Below are positions 45,299 to 56,345 of a stretch of DNA of 64,000 nucleotides, piece by piece. The position numbers and the translations under genes were made by a program. Below the pieces are notes generated by a model. It was not told the origin of the DNA. It did not search any database and saw only the letters and a list, made by a program, of their open reading frames with translations. Source of the DNA: Auanema rhodensis (Eukaryota; Animalia; Nematoda); NCBI GenBank assembly GCA_964057225.1, contig OZ059896.1:11470001-11534000 (forward strand), written 5' to 3'. Each line of letters starts with the position of its first letter. Within the stretch, counting starts at the first letter, position 1.

Positions 45299-45946
45299 AT
45301 GGTTTTCAGCTTCAAACTACCCAGTCAGACAACTGTAATAGGTGCTACCCAATGCGGTAAAACAACCCTCATAAAGCACATATGTGAAAATACTGAAAAG
45401 TTTTTCAACGTCCCCATTGATAGAATATTCTGGTTCAGTCAATGTGGGTCATCGTCAGGTGTACCAATAAATGATGAGCGTTTAATAATCATTCAAGGGC
45501 CTCCTGATCCTGATTTGATAAAAGAACAAAAGGGAGTAAATACTATACTAGTGCTGGATGATTTGATGAACTTTTTTTCATCGAATAAAGCAGCAAAGGA
45601 ATTACTCAACAACATTTTTACAGTATGGGCTCATCACTGGAATTTGGCAGTGTTTAATCTTGTGCAAGCGGCATTTCAACTGGACAGGACCAGTCGAATC
45701 AATAGTACATATATAATACTGATGAAAAGTCATTCAGATATATTACAAATACGTAATTGTCTGCAGCAATTATTTGGGCCACGTTTCAAAAATGCTCTAG
45801 AGGCGTATGATGATGCAATGTCTACTCCCTATAGTCATTTACTGATTGACAATCATCCTTTAACAAGTGAGAAGCACCGTATACTATCTGATATAACAGC
45901 GGAGAACCCTATTGTTTATGTTGCCAGAAATGTGTTTAGTGTTTAA
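45299..45946 (+). CDS. A2 packaging ATPase
   Basis: Walker A and B. Confidence 0.92.
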   Translation: MVFSFKLPSQTTVIGATQCGKTTLIKHICENTEKFFNVPIDRIFWFSQCGSSSGVPINDERLIIIQGPPDPDLIKEQKGVNTILVLDDLMNFFSSNKAAKELLNNIFTVWAHHWNLAVFNLVQAAFQLDRTSRINSTYIILMKSHSDILQIRNCLQQLFGPRFKNALEAYDDAMSTPYSHLLIDNHPLTSEKHRILSDITAENPIVYVARNVFSV

Positions 45947-45958
45947 AGTGCTTGTTCA

Positions 45959-46267
45959 ATGAGTGGTCGTATTTTGTCAAATTTCAACTTTTTGTCTTCT
46001 TGCGCCAAAACTCCTTGTTCTGTTTCCTCATTTTCTTTTGCACAAATTGAAATTATTGTTGAAATTGTATTTAATATTGTGAAAAATAATAATTTTCTTT
46101 TAACTAACAAGGAATATAAAACCCTCTTGCCCATATCTTCATTATTACGTCAAATAGCTTTGATACGCACACCGGAAAAGGCTAAATCATTATTGGCAAC
46201 GCTTTCACACAAACAATTGAAAACAATAGTTACATGTGGTATTGCCTATTTTGGTTTTAAATCATGA
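45959..46267 (+). CDS. A2 hypothetical protein (102 aa)
   Basis: Identical protein to A1. Confidence 0.7.
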   Translation: MSGRILSNFNFLSSCAKTPCSVSSFSFAQIEIIVEIVFNIVKNNNFLLTNKEYKTLLPISSLLRQIALIRTPEKAKSLLATLSHKQLKTIVTCGIAYFGFKS

Positions 46268-46980
46268 AGCTCAACCATAAATATCGACTAATTCCTGTCG
46301 ACGAGGAAACAATTAATATAGACAAGTTTGATGCAGAGCTCAAGCTTTTACGAGAAAATAGAGCTATACCCGACTATAAAAAGGCTGAACTATACGAAGA
46401 CTTGATTGCTCGTCTCAAAAACTATAGAGAAAGTATAGATGCGCCCATATCAGTACAAGTGGAAAATGTTGATTCACCTCTATTGCCAGAATACAAGTTG
46501 CCAAGAAAGTATAACAATTTGTGGGAGAAATTTCCAGAGGTGCGCACAAACAAGAATAACCAACTTGTGATTAATAATGAGGCTGTACCAAACACGAATA
46601 TTACAAAAATTTTAGATTTTGTATTGGATAAAACAAAAACGGAGCCCAATGGATTTTCAGTCTTGTCAAAGTTTTTAGCCAGTAAAGGCGTACCAAGTTC
46701 TAACAAGAAACAAACTAGAAGAGAGTCGGCTGACAATGATTCAGTTGACGTTGTAACTAGAGCTGAACCGGCTGTTACAGACTTGGACTCTACTATATTA
46801 CCTAGAACGCCTCGTCATCGTAAAGCTGTTATTCGATATTCACCATCACCGGTTCGTACACTCAAAAGTAAAAGGTCAAAGACTTTTGATACTGCCGCCG
46901 AATCATATTACACACCACAAGAAGGAGACTCACAGAATGGCCAAGGTCGTAAAAGGTTCTACATTAGATTATGGAAATGA
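46264..46980 (+). CDS. A2 hypothetical protein (238 aa)
   Basis: Near-identical to A1. Confidence 0.75.
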   Translation: MKLNHKYRLIPVDEETINIDKFDAELKLLRENRAIPDYKKAELYEDLIARLKNYRESIDAPISVQVENVDSPLLPEYKLPRKYNNLWEKFPEVRTNKNNQLVINNEAVPNTNITKILDFVLDKTKTEPNGFSVLSKFLASKGVPSSNKKQTRRESADNDSVDVVTRAEPAVTDLDSTILPRTPRHRKAVIRYSPSPVRTLKSKRSKTFDTAAESYYTPQEGDSQNGQGRKRFYIRLWK

Positions 46981-48004
46981 TATTTTGGCGAGCATTTATT
47001 ACGATATAAAACACCCAGCTTCATATACATCAGCCAAGAATTTATTATCGCAAGCACGAAAACATGGCATTTCAAAGGTACAAGTTGATGATTTTTTGCA
47101 AGATTCTGAAACTTTTACACGACATAAACCAACCAGAATGCGTATGCAGACTAGAAAGACTAGAGGATGTGGTCGATTTCTAACAGTGCAAGCAGATTTG
47201 GTTGATATGCAAAAATATAAAAAATTAAACGACGGCTATGCTTACATGTTGACCATGATTGATGTTTATACACGCATGTTATATGTTAGGCCTTTGAAAA
47301 CTAAAGGTGGTATAGAGGTTGCTAGTGCATTTGAAAGTTTATTCAAGAATTTTATACCAATTCAGTTGATTACTGATAATGGCACAGAGTTTTATAATAG
47401 TCATTGTGAAAAACTATTCAAAAAGTTTGCCATACTGCACGGATCTACAAGTTCACCACAAAAGGCTGCAATGGTGGAGCGAGCAAATAGAACTTTAAAA
47501 ACACGCATGATGAAATATCTCTATTACAAGAATAATCATCGTTGGATTGATATCCTAGATGATTTGGTTGAAGGAATAAACAAATCTTATAACCGCTCTA
47601 TAAAAATGCGGCCCATTGATGTTAAAGCAAATATATTCATTGAAGAATATGCACCAGCTGTTAAAAGCCGCTTTAAAATTGGTGATACTGTTCGCATAAG
47701 CAAAAATAGGCGTACTTTTGAAAAAAGCTACGAGTCTGGATATACAATGGAGCTGTTCACAATTGATGAGGTTGTAACCGGAAACCCAACCGTGTATAAA
47801 CTTGTAGATTATAATGGTGAACGTATAAAGGGAATATTCTACGAACCTGAACTTGTCTTGGCTACTAATAAAAGCAACAAGTACTATATAGAAAAAGTTT
47901 TAAAAGAGCGTACTCGAAGCGGTAAACGTCAAGTATTTGTAAAATGGAGTGGATATCCCGACAACTTTAATGAATGGATAGATGCAGAAAATTTAAATGT
48001 ATAA
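46937..48004 (+). CDS. A2 RVE integrase with chromodomain
   Basis: Near-identical to A1. Confidence 0.95.
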   Translation: MAKVVKGSTLDYGNDILASIYYDIKHPASYTSAKNLLSQARKHGISKVQVDDFLQDSETFTRHKPTRMRMQTRKTRGCGRFLTVQADLVDMQKYKKLNDGYAYMLTMIDVYTRMLYVRPLKTKGGIEVASAFESLFKNFIPIQLITDNGTEFYNSHCEKLFKKFAILHGSTSSPQKAAMVERANRTLKTRMMKYLYYKNNHRWIDILDDLVEGINKSYNRSIKMRPIDVKANIFIEEYAPAVKSRFKIGDTVRISKNRRTFEKSYESGYTMELFTIDEVVTGNPTVYKLVDYNGERIKGIFYEPELVLATNKSNKYYIEKVLKERTRSGKRQVFVKWSGYPDNFNEWIDAENLNV

Positions 48005-48300
48005 TTTTTCAATGTTATAAACAATTGTAATTATAATAAATGATTTATTTGATATATCGCATAATGTAACAATAAAAAACCAGCAAAATACAAACAACAA
48101 TTCAACCTGGAAAAAAAAAATGTAGACTATTCAAATTTTCAAATTCTTACCAGTTGGTTGATCATTCGTCCTCAATTGATGAGCCATTGATGGATATTCG
48201 CAAGAGCTGGAAAAAAAAAAATGTTACGGCTGAGAATATAAAAATGCCACATAACAAAACAAGAATAAAACGCCAATTGTACTATTTGTGCTTGTTGTAG

Positions 48301-48887
48301 TCAAAATGAAGGATCAAAGCGGATAAACATGTTCAGGTTGAGTGCTTCTGGACTTAGTTTAAAGTAGAATACATTCTGCTTATAACCAAAAGTCTTTACA
48401 GTAGCCTCATCTGCATATATAACAATATAGCCCATATTGTTCAACAATTGCTTGCACGTCATGGTGTTATAAGAGCGCATCTAAAAAAAATGATAAAATT
48501 GAAAATAAATAAATATGCAAGCTTACATTAATAGAGAACTTTTCGGGCTTATAGTGACGAAATTCCTTCAAAAGACCCAACGCATCATTCCTTCCTCTAC
48601 ACTTTATACAGAGGCTGAAACAGTGATACTCGTCTATAACCTGCAATGATTCCCTACAAGTTTTGCAGAGACAAATTGGTCTCATTAATACACTCCTTGG
48701 TGGAGTGCTCTCTCTCAGAATCTCCATCTGCTTTATTGGTGAATCTAAATTAAAGATTTAATAAATACAAGTTAAGGTTCATACCAAAACTTGTAAAATT
48801 TGGAGCTGGTGTGGGTGGTAGTGGTACTTCAGGTTCAGGCGATTTGCGCACAACATTTGTCACATCAGCAAGTACAGCACGCTTCAT
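48301..48887 (-). CDS. A2 spliced D-box/Cys-rich accessory gene
   Basis: Near-identical to 13669-14255. Confidence 0.78.
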
Positions 48888-49521
48888 TTCCGCTAAAGAT
48901 CCAACTTTCTAAAATATAAGGCAAACTTGCAGAGAGGAGCAGTCTATGGCGATTGGCAAAGAGTGGCAGGAGATGGTGAAACGTCGGATCCTCGGATAGT
49001 TGGCAGAGCTGAAATGTAAATGTAGCAAAATTTGCCAACCTTTTATACAAAGATTTTTGTAAAGTACAACCCATTGTGTTACAATCAAGTTTGCTGATGA
49101 AATTCTTTTATTAATTAGATTTTACAGCATATTTATGCAGATATACTCATCTCGTCGACAGTTGCCAGCAGTTGGCGCACTCTGAACCTGTAAACAATCT
49201 GCATATTAATTAGTTTTTACATCTCTTTAAACATTATTGTTTACCGTTTGTGCCATAAACAACAGCCATCTCTGTAAAACATTTAGGCTTTTTAAACTTT
49301 GCTTAATAGCTCATATATTATTCATAGTATACTTTTACACCCATATTGTAGCACAAAACATATGACTGCCAACGTTTTATATGTAAAAATATTTCATTCT
49401 TGAATATTTAATAATGATTATATTACGAAACTAAAACTTTTGAAATGTTAAAATGATTATACTATATTTAAACCCCCACAGTGCAGTTATTACTGTTTAT
49501 TAACCATCGATATGCGTGGCG

Positions 49522-50638
49522 TTGAGGTCAGCGCAACTGTTTGTTAATCTTATTGTATTTACCTTCAATGTGTGCTCTATTTAGTTATTGTATTGTTATA
49601 TTAGTAAAATAAAGTTTAAAACTAATCTTTTATTATAATTTGAAACCTTTACTTGTTAGAATAAATATAATTAATAACAATTTGTAATTTCAAAAATTAA
49701 TAATTTAATGTCGTTCTTATCGAATTAACTTTCGATATGTGTTCCATTAAATTTTGGTATTTTATATCGTTCTTATCGAATTAACCTTCGATATGTGTTC
49801 CATTAAATTTTGTATTTCATATCGTTCTTATCGAATTAACCTTCGATATGTGTTCCATTGAATTTTGTATTTCATATCGTTCTTATCGAATTAACTTTCG
49901 ATATGTGTTCCATTAAATTTTGGTATTTCATATCGTTCTTATCGAATTAACTTTCGATATGTGTTCCATTGAATTACCCATAACAAGTACGGTGAAAAAA
50001 ATTATCTACATGCAAAAATTTTATTGATCTTTAAAAATACAAATAAAATATTACAAACACAATACAATAAAAAATAAACAAAATAAGTAAACAAACATTA
50101 TTAATAAATATAATAAAGAAATAAAGAAATAAATAAAATTTAAAAACAAATTTATATATTTAAAATTTAAATATTATTTATATATAAAATTTAAAGTTTA
50201 AATATAATTTATATATATAAAATTTAAATATAATTTAAATATTTAAAGTTTAAATAAAATTTATATATATATATAAAATTTAAATATAATTTAAATATTT
50301 AAAATTAAGATTTTTATTTTTACTTAATATATTTAAAAATAATTGAAAATATATACATACATTTGAAAAAGCATATTTAAATTTGATTTATAAAAAAAAA
50401 ATTAAAAAAAAAAAAATCAAAAAAAAAAAATCATGCTTTAAATCATGACTTTTATATTTAAAAAAGGAAAATCCATGAACCATGATCCTAAATATGATTT
50501 TAACAGCTGACGCTCAAAAATATGTTTTTGACAGCTGACGCGCCTCAAAAGTATGTTTTTAGCAGCTGACGCCCCCAAAAGTATGTTTTTGACAGCTGTT
50601 TGGGGGCGTGGTTAGTAAATTTTGCACGGCTCTCTACT
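49522..50638 (-). repeat. A2 right TIR with five 55-bp palindrome units (49711-49970)
   Basis: Homologous to 14890-15796. Confidence 0.9.
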
Positions 50639-51900
50639 TACGTCAGAGAAAACCAAAGTTTCGTTGATTTGTAGAGTAGGGATATCAGAAGAGTCTTTAC
50701 CAAGTCGTTCGCGACAGAATTGAAAAAATGCTTTTGAATTGTTGGTAGAAGCTATGTTGTTTTCATCAATGGCAGATTTGAGTTTGATGAGTTTATCTAA
50801 GGTGACAGATCGCTTTTTGCGAAGAAGCTCATCCTGAGCGAAAAGAGAGTTGCTTAACCGGTTAACACGATTGTTAAGTTTCTGAATGTCACGATCAAGT
50901 TTTTTTCTTTTCTTTGCCTTTTTGAATGGGACACAGCTTTGAATTATTGATTGGACAATTGCAATAAACTTAGAATAGGAAGTTATAGCGTTTAGACCAC
51001 ATAATTCAGTAGCGAAGTCAATGCCAGCTAAAAGGCTATTTATTTTTCGGCCGAGAAAAAGTTACGACTAGAAAAAGAGGAAGAGAGAGAAGAGGGCCTG
51101 GAAGTAGCAACTTTGTTGATTTGAGCAAATGTGAGAGGATCCAAAATAATGTTGAAGAAAACCGAGTAATGATCAGATTGGCCAAGAGGGCTATTGCGAG
51201 AAATGTTCTCTACACAGTGAACACTGTTGGTGATAATGTAATCCAAGATGTTTTTACCTCTGGTTGGGAAAGTAACTAATTGACTGGATGAAGACTGTTG
51301 AAGAAAGTTGAGAATAGATGAAGTAGAGGGGGAACTGCTTGACGAATGGATGAGATCCCAGTCAATGTGAGGGAAATTAAGATCGCCTGTTAAGAAAAAC
51401 CTGCGGTTCGAGATAAGAGTTTGAAATTCGGTTAGAAAAAAAAGAAAGTCAGAGTGCTGAGATGATGGAGAACGATAGCAGATTGAGAAAACGACGTCAG
51501 AAGGTATAATGAGAACATTTAGGTATTGAACAGTTGATTGAGAAGGAGAGCATGAGAGAAGACGACTATTAATGTGTTTTTTAATATAGAGGAGGACTCC
51601 TCCTCCTCGAGAAGTTGATCTGTCATCACGGAAAATGCAGTAAGAATCTCTCAAAGGAAGGGAGCTAGAGTTGAAATCAGGAAACAGCCAGGTCTCAGAT
51701 ATAGCAATAATGTCTGGACAGAGAGTCGAATAAACAATTGGTATTAAGTGTAATTTATTGACAATAGATCGTGCGTTATAACAAGAGACTGTAATTTTAC
51801 TACATGCAGCAGTAGAGATTGTTGATTGGAAATTAACGAAAGGATGTTTGGCTGGGCAGATTGGACGGGGAATTAGGCAAAGTAGATGTATTTCTAACAA
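50639..51900 (-). pseudogene. LINE ORF2 N-terminus: APE endonuclease, frameshifted at about 51045
   Basis: NARSI, ISETW, GGGV, YRSP, GDLNFP, LDYI and SDH motifs. After the shift it reads INSLLAGIDF...CVPFKK...NSKAFF...IPTL up to the A2 junction. Confidence 0.85.
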
Positions 51901-52370
51901 TGTTAGCAGTAGGATCTGGAACAGATTTAGCTCGGCGAGAAGGGTTTTTTCTTCTTCTTTGGCTGCTACATCTTTCTTTGTTTATTGGAGCGGGCTGTCC
52001 CTTAGTTATAGGCCGGCCTCTTCTACCAGATTTAGACGGGGGACTAGAATCAAGGTCATGCGTAAAAATAGGCATGTCAGACATTGGAGCAATGCATGAA
52101 TTGGTAGTTTCAGAGTCCATGCCTGTAGGGGAAACAACATATTTAACACTGGATGTGTCTTTTGGGGCAGTGCCTGTGTTGGTGAGTCTACGAGGTACTT
52201 TTATAAGCTTTAGATCTCGAACAAGAAAAATGAATTCAGTGTCGTCAGAGTTTTTGCTTTTGGCTTCGTCACGAAGCCGTTTTTCTAGTTCCACCTCAAA
52301 GGGTAGATAATCACGACGAACGAATGTTTTGGATAGTGAGTTGGAAATTTTAGGTTTGTGAGATCTTATA

Positions 52371-53771
52371 CAGTCCTGTGCGAAATAGTTGGGACAACCA
52401 AAAAGAGAGGCCAGACGGCGAAACTCAAACTACAAAAAAATCAAAAAATTTAATTTAGTTTTCAGGTTGAAGTAGCAACATATTGATTAAAAAACAAGTA
52501 ACAATGATGAAAAATGAAATTTTCGAAATTTATATAAGTTTAAAATTAAATATAATGCTTTTTTGGTTGTTTTAAAAGATGAAAAATTAAAATTTATAAT
52601 TTAAGATGGTTAGAGGCAAGAAAACTACTCCAGAGCTTCGAAGCCTCATTATCGAAAAGAAAAATGAAGGGCTGACCGTACGAAAGATTAGTGAGATGCT
52701 GGGAATCCCGAAGAGTACGATTCAGAATGTTTGGACCAATCAAAACCAAGCTGAACAGAACGAAACCAGGGGAAGAAAGAAAAAGACAACAGTAGGACAA
52801 GATTCTTTAATTATTAAACTCGTAGAAAGACATCCGGATATGACGTCGTTAGAGTTAAGCCAGCATGTCCTACGAATGTTCAAGATTCGTCTACATCCTT
52901 CTAATATACGACGAAGATTGTTGTCGAAAAACCTAAGAGCTCGTGTTCCAGCTCGGAAGCCTCTGATATCCGTTGTTAACAGGCAGAAGAGGATTGCGTT
53001 TGCGCAAAAGCATCTGAATTGGACGTTCGAACAGTGGTCCTCCGTTATATTCACCGATGAAAGCAAGTTTTGCTTATTTGGAAACGACGGACCAGGATTC
53101 GTGAGAAGACCACCAAACCAGCGATTCAACCCCAAATTCATGCGACCTACGGTGAAGCATGGTGGCGGCAACGTCATGATTTGGGGCTGTTTTAGCGCTT
53201 CCGAAGTTGGGCCACTTTATCGTGTTGAAGGCAGGATGTGTGCCGAGGATTACCAGAATATCTTACGAACCTGCTTCCTGCCGTATGCTGTTATGAAGTT
53301 TGGAACTAGAATTAGGTTCATTCTTCAGCAGGACAATGATCCGAAACACACAGCTCGTTCGACTACTAAGTTCCTAGAAGAAAATCGACTGAATGTGCTA
53401 CAATGGCCTAGCCAGTCTCCAGATCTGAATCCCATTGAGCATCTTTGGAGTGAACTTGGTCGACGTGCATCCAAGTTTCCCTGTTCCAACAAAAATGAGA
53501 AGTTCAAAGTTCTCAGTACCCTCTGGTTAGAAACATCACCGGATATTCTAAAGAAGCTCGTCGAATCAATGCCCAGAAGACTTCAAGCAGTGATAGATAA
53601 TTTTGGATATCCGACAAAATATTAATAAATGTGTTTATTTACAGTTTAATTTTTATTTATTGATGCTATGGAGTCTTTCATACTCATACTATTTTTTCTG
53701 AGTCATTTGTAGTTTGTTTCATAGCATACGAGAGAGTACTGTGTTTGTCCCAACTATTTCGCACAGGACTG
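52371..53771 (+). mobile_element. Tc1-family DNA transposon (1401 bp)
   Basis: 27-bp perfect TIR CAGTCCTGTGCGAAATAGTTGGGACAA; TA TSD at 52369-70 and 53772-73. Confidence 0.97.
52606..53625 (+). CDS. Tc1 DD34E transposase, intact and intronless
   Basis: N-terminal HTH, GRKKK, FTDESKF, QQDND and SPDLNPIE with 34 residues between D and E. Confidence 0.96.
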   Translation: MVRGKKTTPELRSLIIEKKNEGLTVRKISEMLGIPKSTIQNVWTNQNQAEQNETRGRKKKTTVGQDSLIIKLVERHPDMTSLELSQHVLRMFKIRLHPSNIRRRLLSKNLRARVPARKPLISVVNRQKRIAFAQKHLNWTFEQWSSVIFTDESKFCLFGNDGPGFVRRPPNQRFNPKFMRPTVKHGGGNVMIWGCFSASEVGPLYRVEGRMCAEDYQNILRTCFLPYAVMKFGTRIRFILQQDNDPKHTARSTTKFLEENRLNVLQWPSQSPDLNPIEHLWSELGRRASKFPCSNKNEKFKVLSTLWLETSPDILKKLVESMPRRLQAVIDNFGYPTKY

Positions 53772-54052
53772 TAGCTGCTATAACAGTATCTCGAATACTG
53801 ACCGAAGGACACGTTATGATAAGTGGACCAGGGGACCCTGATTTGAGGGTGCAGCGAGTAACGAATATGTGATTGGAATTGAGTAAAGAAATAAGACTAG
53901 TATCACTGCAGCTATCAAAAACAAGTTTGAGAAGAGAACGGGCATCGCTAGGCAGATCAGGTGACGTGACTGGAACCCGGAACCAGAGAGCTCTCAAGGA
54001 ACGGTGAGCAAATTTAGATTCTTCTAACCTAATTTTATTCACTTCAGTTCAG

Positions 54053-54909
54053 CATTAGCTATCAGAACATTTATAAACTATTAGGGCTACAACAACAATT
54101 ACTTTAAAGTAACATTTTTGATGCTAAAAAGTTTGAAAATATTCGTATATACTCATGACCCCTTGGCATAGTAAGTATTCTTTAGCGTTATGGGTACATG
54201 TGGTGTACAGCTATTTATCATATTTTTATGAACACAACTTTTGCCATGTGGTACATGTGTAGTGCACCTGTTTTAACGATCTTATCGAATTAACCTTCGA
54301 TATGTGTTTCATTAAATTTAGTTCAAATATTTATTAATTCTTATCGAATTAACCTTCGATATGAGTTCCATTGATTAACCCATAAGAGGTACGGTGAACA
54401 TAATGATTACCTTTTAAAATTATTTAAATAAATAAAAAACAATATATATGAGAAATAATTTATTCAGTTTTAAAGATACAATTAAAAAATATATAAATAT
54501 TAAATACATTTAAAAAGAAATATTATTAAAAATATATTTAAAAAGAAACAATTAAATAATAATATTTACAAATACAATTTAAAATATATATAAATATTAA
54601 AAATACATTTAAAAAGAAATAAGTTTAAAAATATTTACAAATACAATTAACAAATATATAAATAATAAAAATTGATTTAAAAATAGATTAAAAAATAATT
54701 TAAAAAAAAAAAATCATGCATTTTGATCCATGCGCAGGCTCGAGAGCCTGCCTCGGGAGGAAAAGTATATTTTTGACAGCTGACGCCGAAAATATGATTT
54801 TGACAGCTGACGCCCCCAAAAGTATGATTTTGACAGCTGACGCCCTCAAAAGTATGTTTTTAGCAACTGTTTGGGGGCGTGGTTAGTAAATTCGGCATGG
54901 CTCTCTACT
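54053..54909 (+). mobile_element. Maverick B3 integrase-side end (host of the LINE), inserted in the A3 TIR
   Basis: Matches B1 from 20864 and the B2 integrase-side end. Ends GGCATGGCTCTCTACT at 54909, followed by CGTACC (expected TSD). Confidence 0.88.
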
Positions 54910-55651
54910 CGTACCTGTTATGGGTAATTCAATGGAACACATATCGAAAGTTAATTCGATAAGAACGATATGAAATACCAAAATTTAATGGAACACATAT
55001 CGAAGGTTAATTCGATAAGAACGACATTAAATTATTAATTTTTGAAATTACAAATTGTTATCGTTCCATTCGGAAATCAATACGTAGCAGGCGGGTTAGA
55101 ATCAGACGACTTGAGGCTGAGAGAGGACGACACGCCCTTCATATGGAACACAGACTTCAGCTTTGCCTTATGGAATGACTATGGATGGTTGGTCTTCCTT
55201 TCTTAGCTCTCTTTCACTTTATATCTTTATGTAGACTTATATAACTTATTGTAATCATGTAGACATAATAAACCTTTCTTTCTCGAGTCTTATGTTTATC
55301 CATTATGCTCTTTATCTACCGCTACATCTGGAATACTATCACACTCATCTTGTAGGCTTTATTGGTCTATAGGATCGACGTGAGAGCATAACGGAACGTT
55401 ATTAATTATATTTATTGTGACAAGTAAAAGTTTCAAATTAAAAGAAAAGACTAGTTTTAAACTTTATTTTACTAATATAACAATACAATAACTAAATAGA
55501 GCACACATTGAAGGTAAATACAATAAGATTAACAAACAGTTGCGCTGACCTCAACGCCAAGCATATCGATGGTTAGTAAACACTAATAACTGCACTGTGG
55601 GGGTTTAAATATAGTATAATCATTTTAACATTTCAAAAGTTTTAGTTTCGT
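54910..55651 (-). mobile_element. Maverick A3 fragment (inner part of the integrase-side TIR and flank)
   Basis: Reverse complement of A1 about 14793-15192, with two palindrome units. Confidence 0.85.
55062..55398 (+). mobile_element. 337-bp solo-LTR-like insertion
   Basis: Absent from the A1 and A2 TIRs; termini CGTTCC...GGAACG; TTAT duplicated on both sides; internal AATAAA at about 55267. Confidence 0.6.
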
Positions 55652-56052
55652 TGTAATATCCTTGATTTGGATATTAATGTTCCATGTTATTGACCCTTAG
55701 ATTGATGTGTTGTAAAAGAAACAATAAGATTTGAGGAAGAGAGAAAGATTTATTATAAATAAAAAACATTTAAACAATAAACAAATAAAGATAAAGATAA
55801 GTCCGCCAACTGAAGATTCAGTTGAATGGCAAGCTTATATAGCGAATGTTATCAGCATTTTCCACGAAAGGTTATAAGTTGTCAATGACAATTATAACTA
55901 TCTCGGAAAATGCTGAAGCTGCAAAATATAACTGATAACATAATACACTAAGACAAGAAACTAGAATTATAAAATATAAAATATAAAACACAGAATAAAG
56001 AAATACATAAAAATTATAGAAAGAATAAAGTAAAGAATTATAAAGTATAACA
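55652..56052 (-). repeat. 3' LTR (401 bp)
   Basis: Minus strand TGTTATAC...TATTACA; preceded by a PPT-like tract; abuts A3 sequence. Confidence 0.8.
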
Positions 56053-56109
56053 TGCTACCGCTCTTGAAGTCCTGTGTCCTCACAGGTATGCATAAGGTTT
56101 TCAAAATTT

Positions 56110-56345
56110 TCATAATGTTGCAGCAAGCTTTTTGATGAGATCCTTATGTACTTTTCTCATCTTTCCTTGACTCATTTCCAATTCCACATATGAGTTGTAT
56201 ACGCCTGTAATTTTGAACGGTCCATTATAAGTGGGTCGCGATTTGCCGTGAACCGTCATATCCTTTAATAGTACCATTTCACCTATTTCAAATATACGTG
56301 ATGCTATTCGGTTACTATTATTCAGCCGATTTTGTTGTTCAATTG
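56110..56345 (-). pseudogene. Integrase C-terminal GPY/F remnant, out of frame with the polyprotein
   Basis: Hand translation: RIFEIGEMVLLKD...PTYNGPFKITGV...RKVHKDLIKKLAATL*. Confidence 0.8.

Larger units (their letters stand above)
22285..50638 (+). mobile_element. Maverick A2 (left part upstream of the window), interrupted by B1 in PolB and by B2 in MCP
   Basis: 22285-25502 and 42157-50638 are nearly identical to A1. Ends GCACGGCTCTCTACT at 50638, followed by TACGTC (expected TSD) in LINE sequence. Confidence 0.93.
51833..54042 (-). pseudogene. LINE ORF1 split by Tc1
   Basis: Removing 52371-53773 gives the in-frame sequence ...RDTVIAAIRSHKPKISNSLSKTFVRRDYLPFEVELEKRLRDEAK... Confidence 0.8.
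50639..54052 (-). mobile_element. Non-LTR retrotransposon (APE-type, CR1/L2-like), probably 5'-truncated; interrupted by Tc1 in ORF1 and by A2 in ORF2
   Basis: ORF1 halves and the endonuclease part of ORF2 are visible. The RT part is expected upstream of the window, beyond the A2 left end. Confidence 0.85.
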
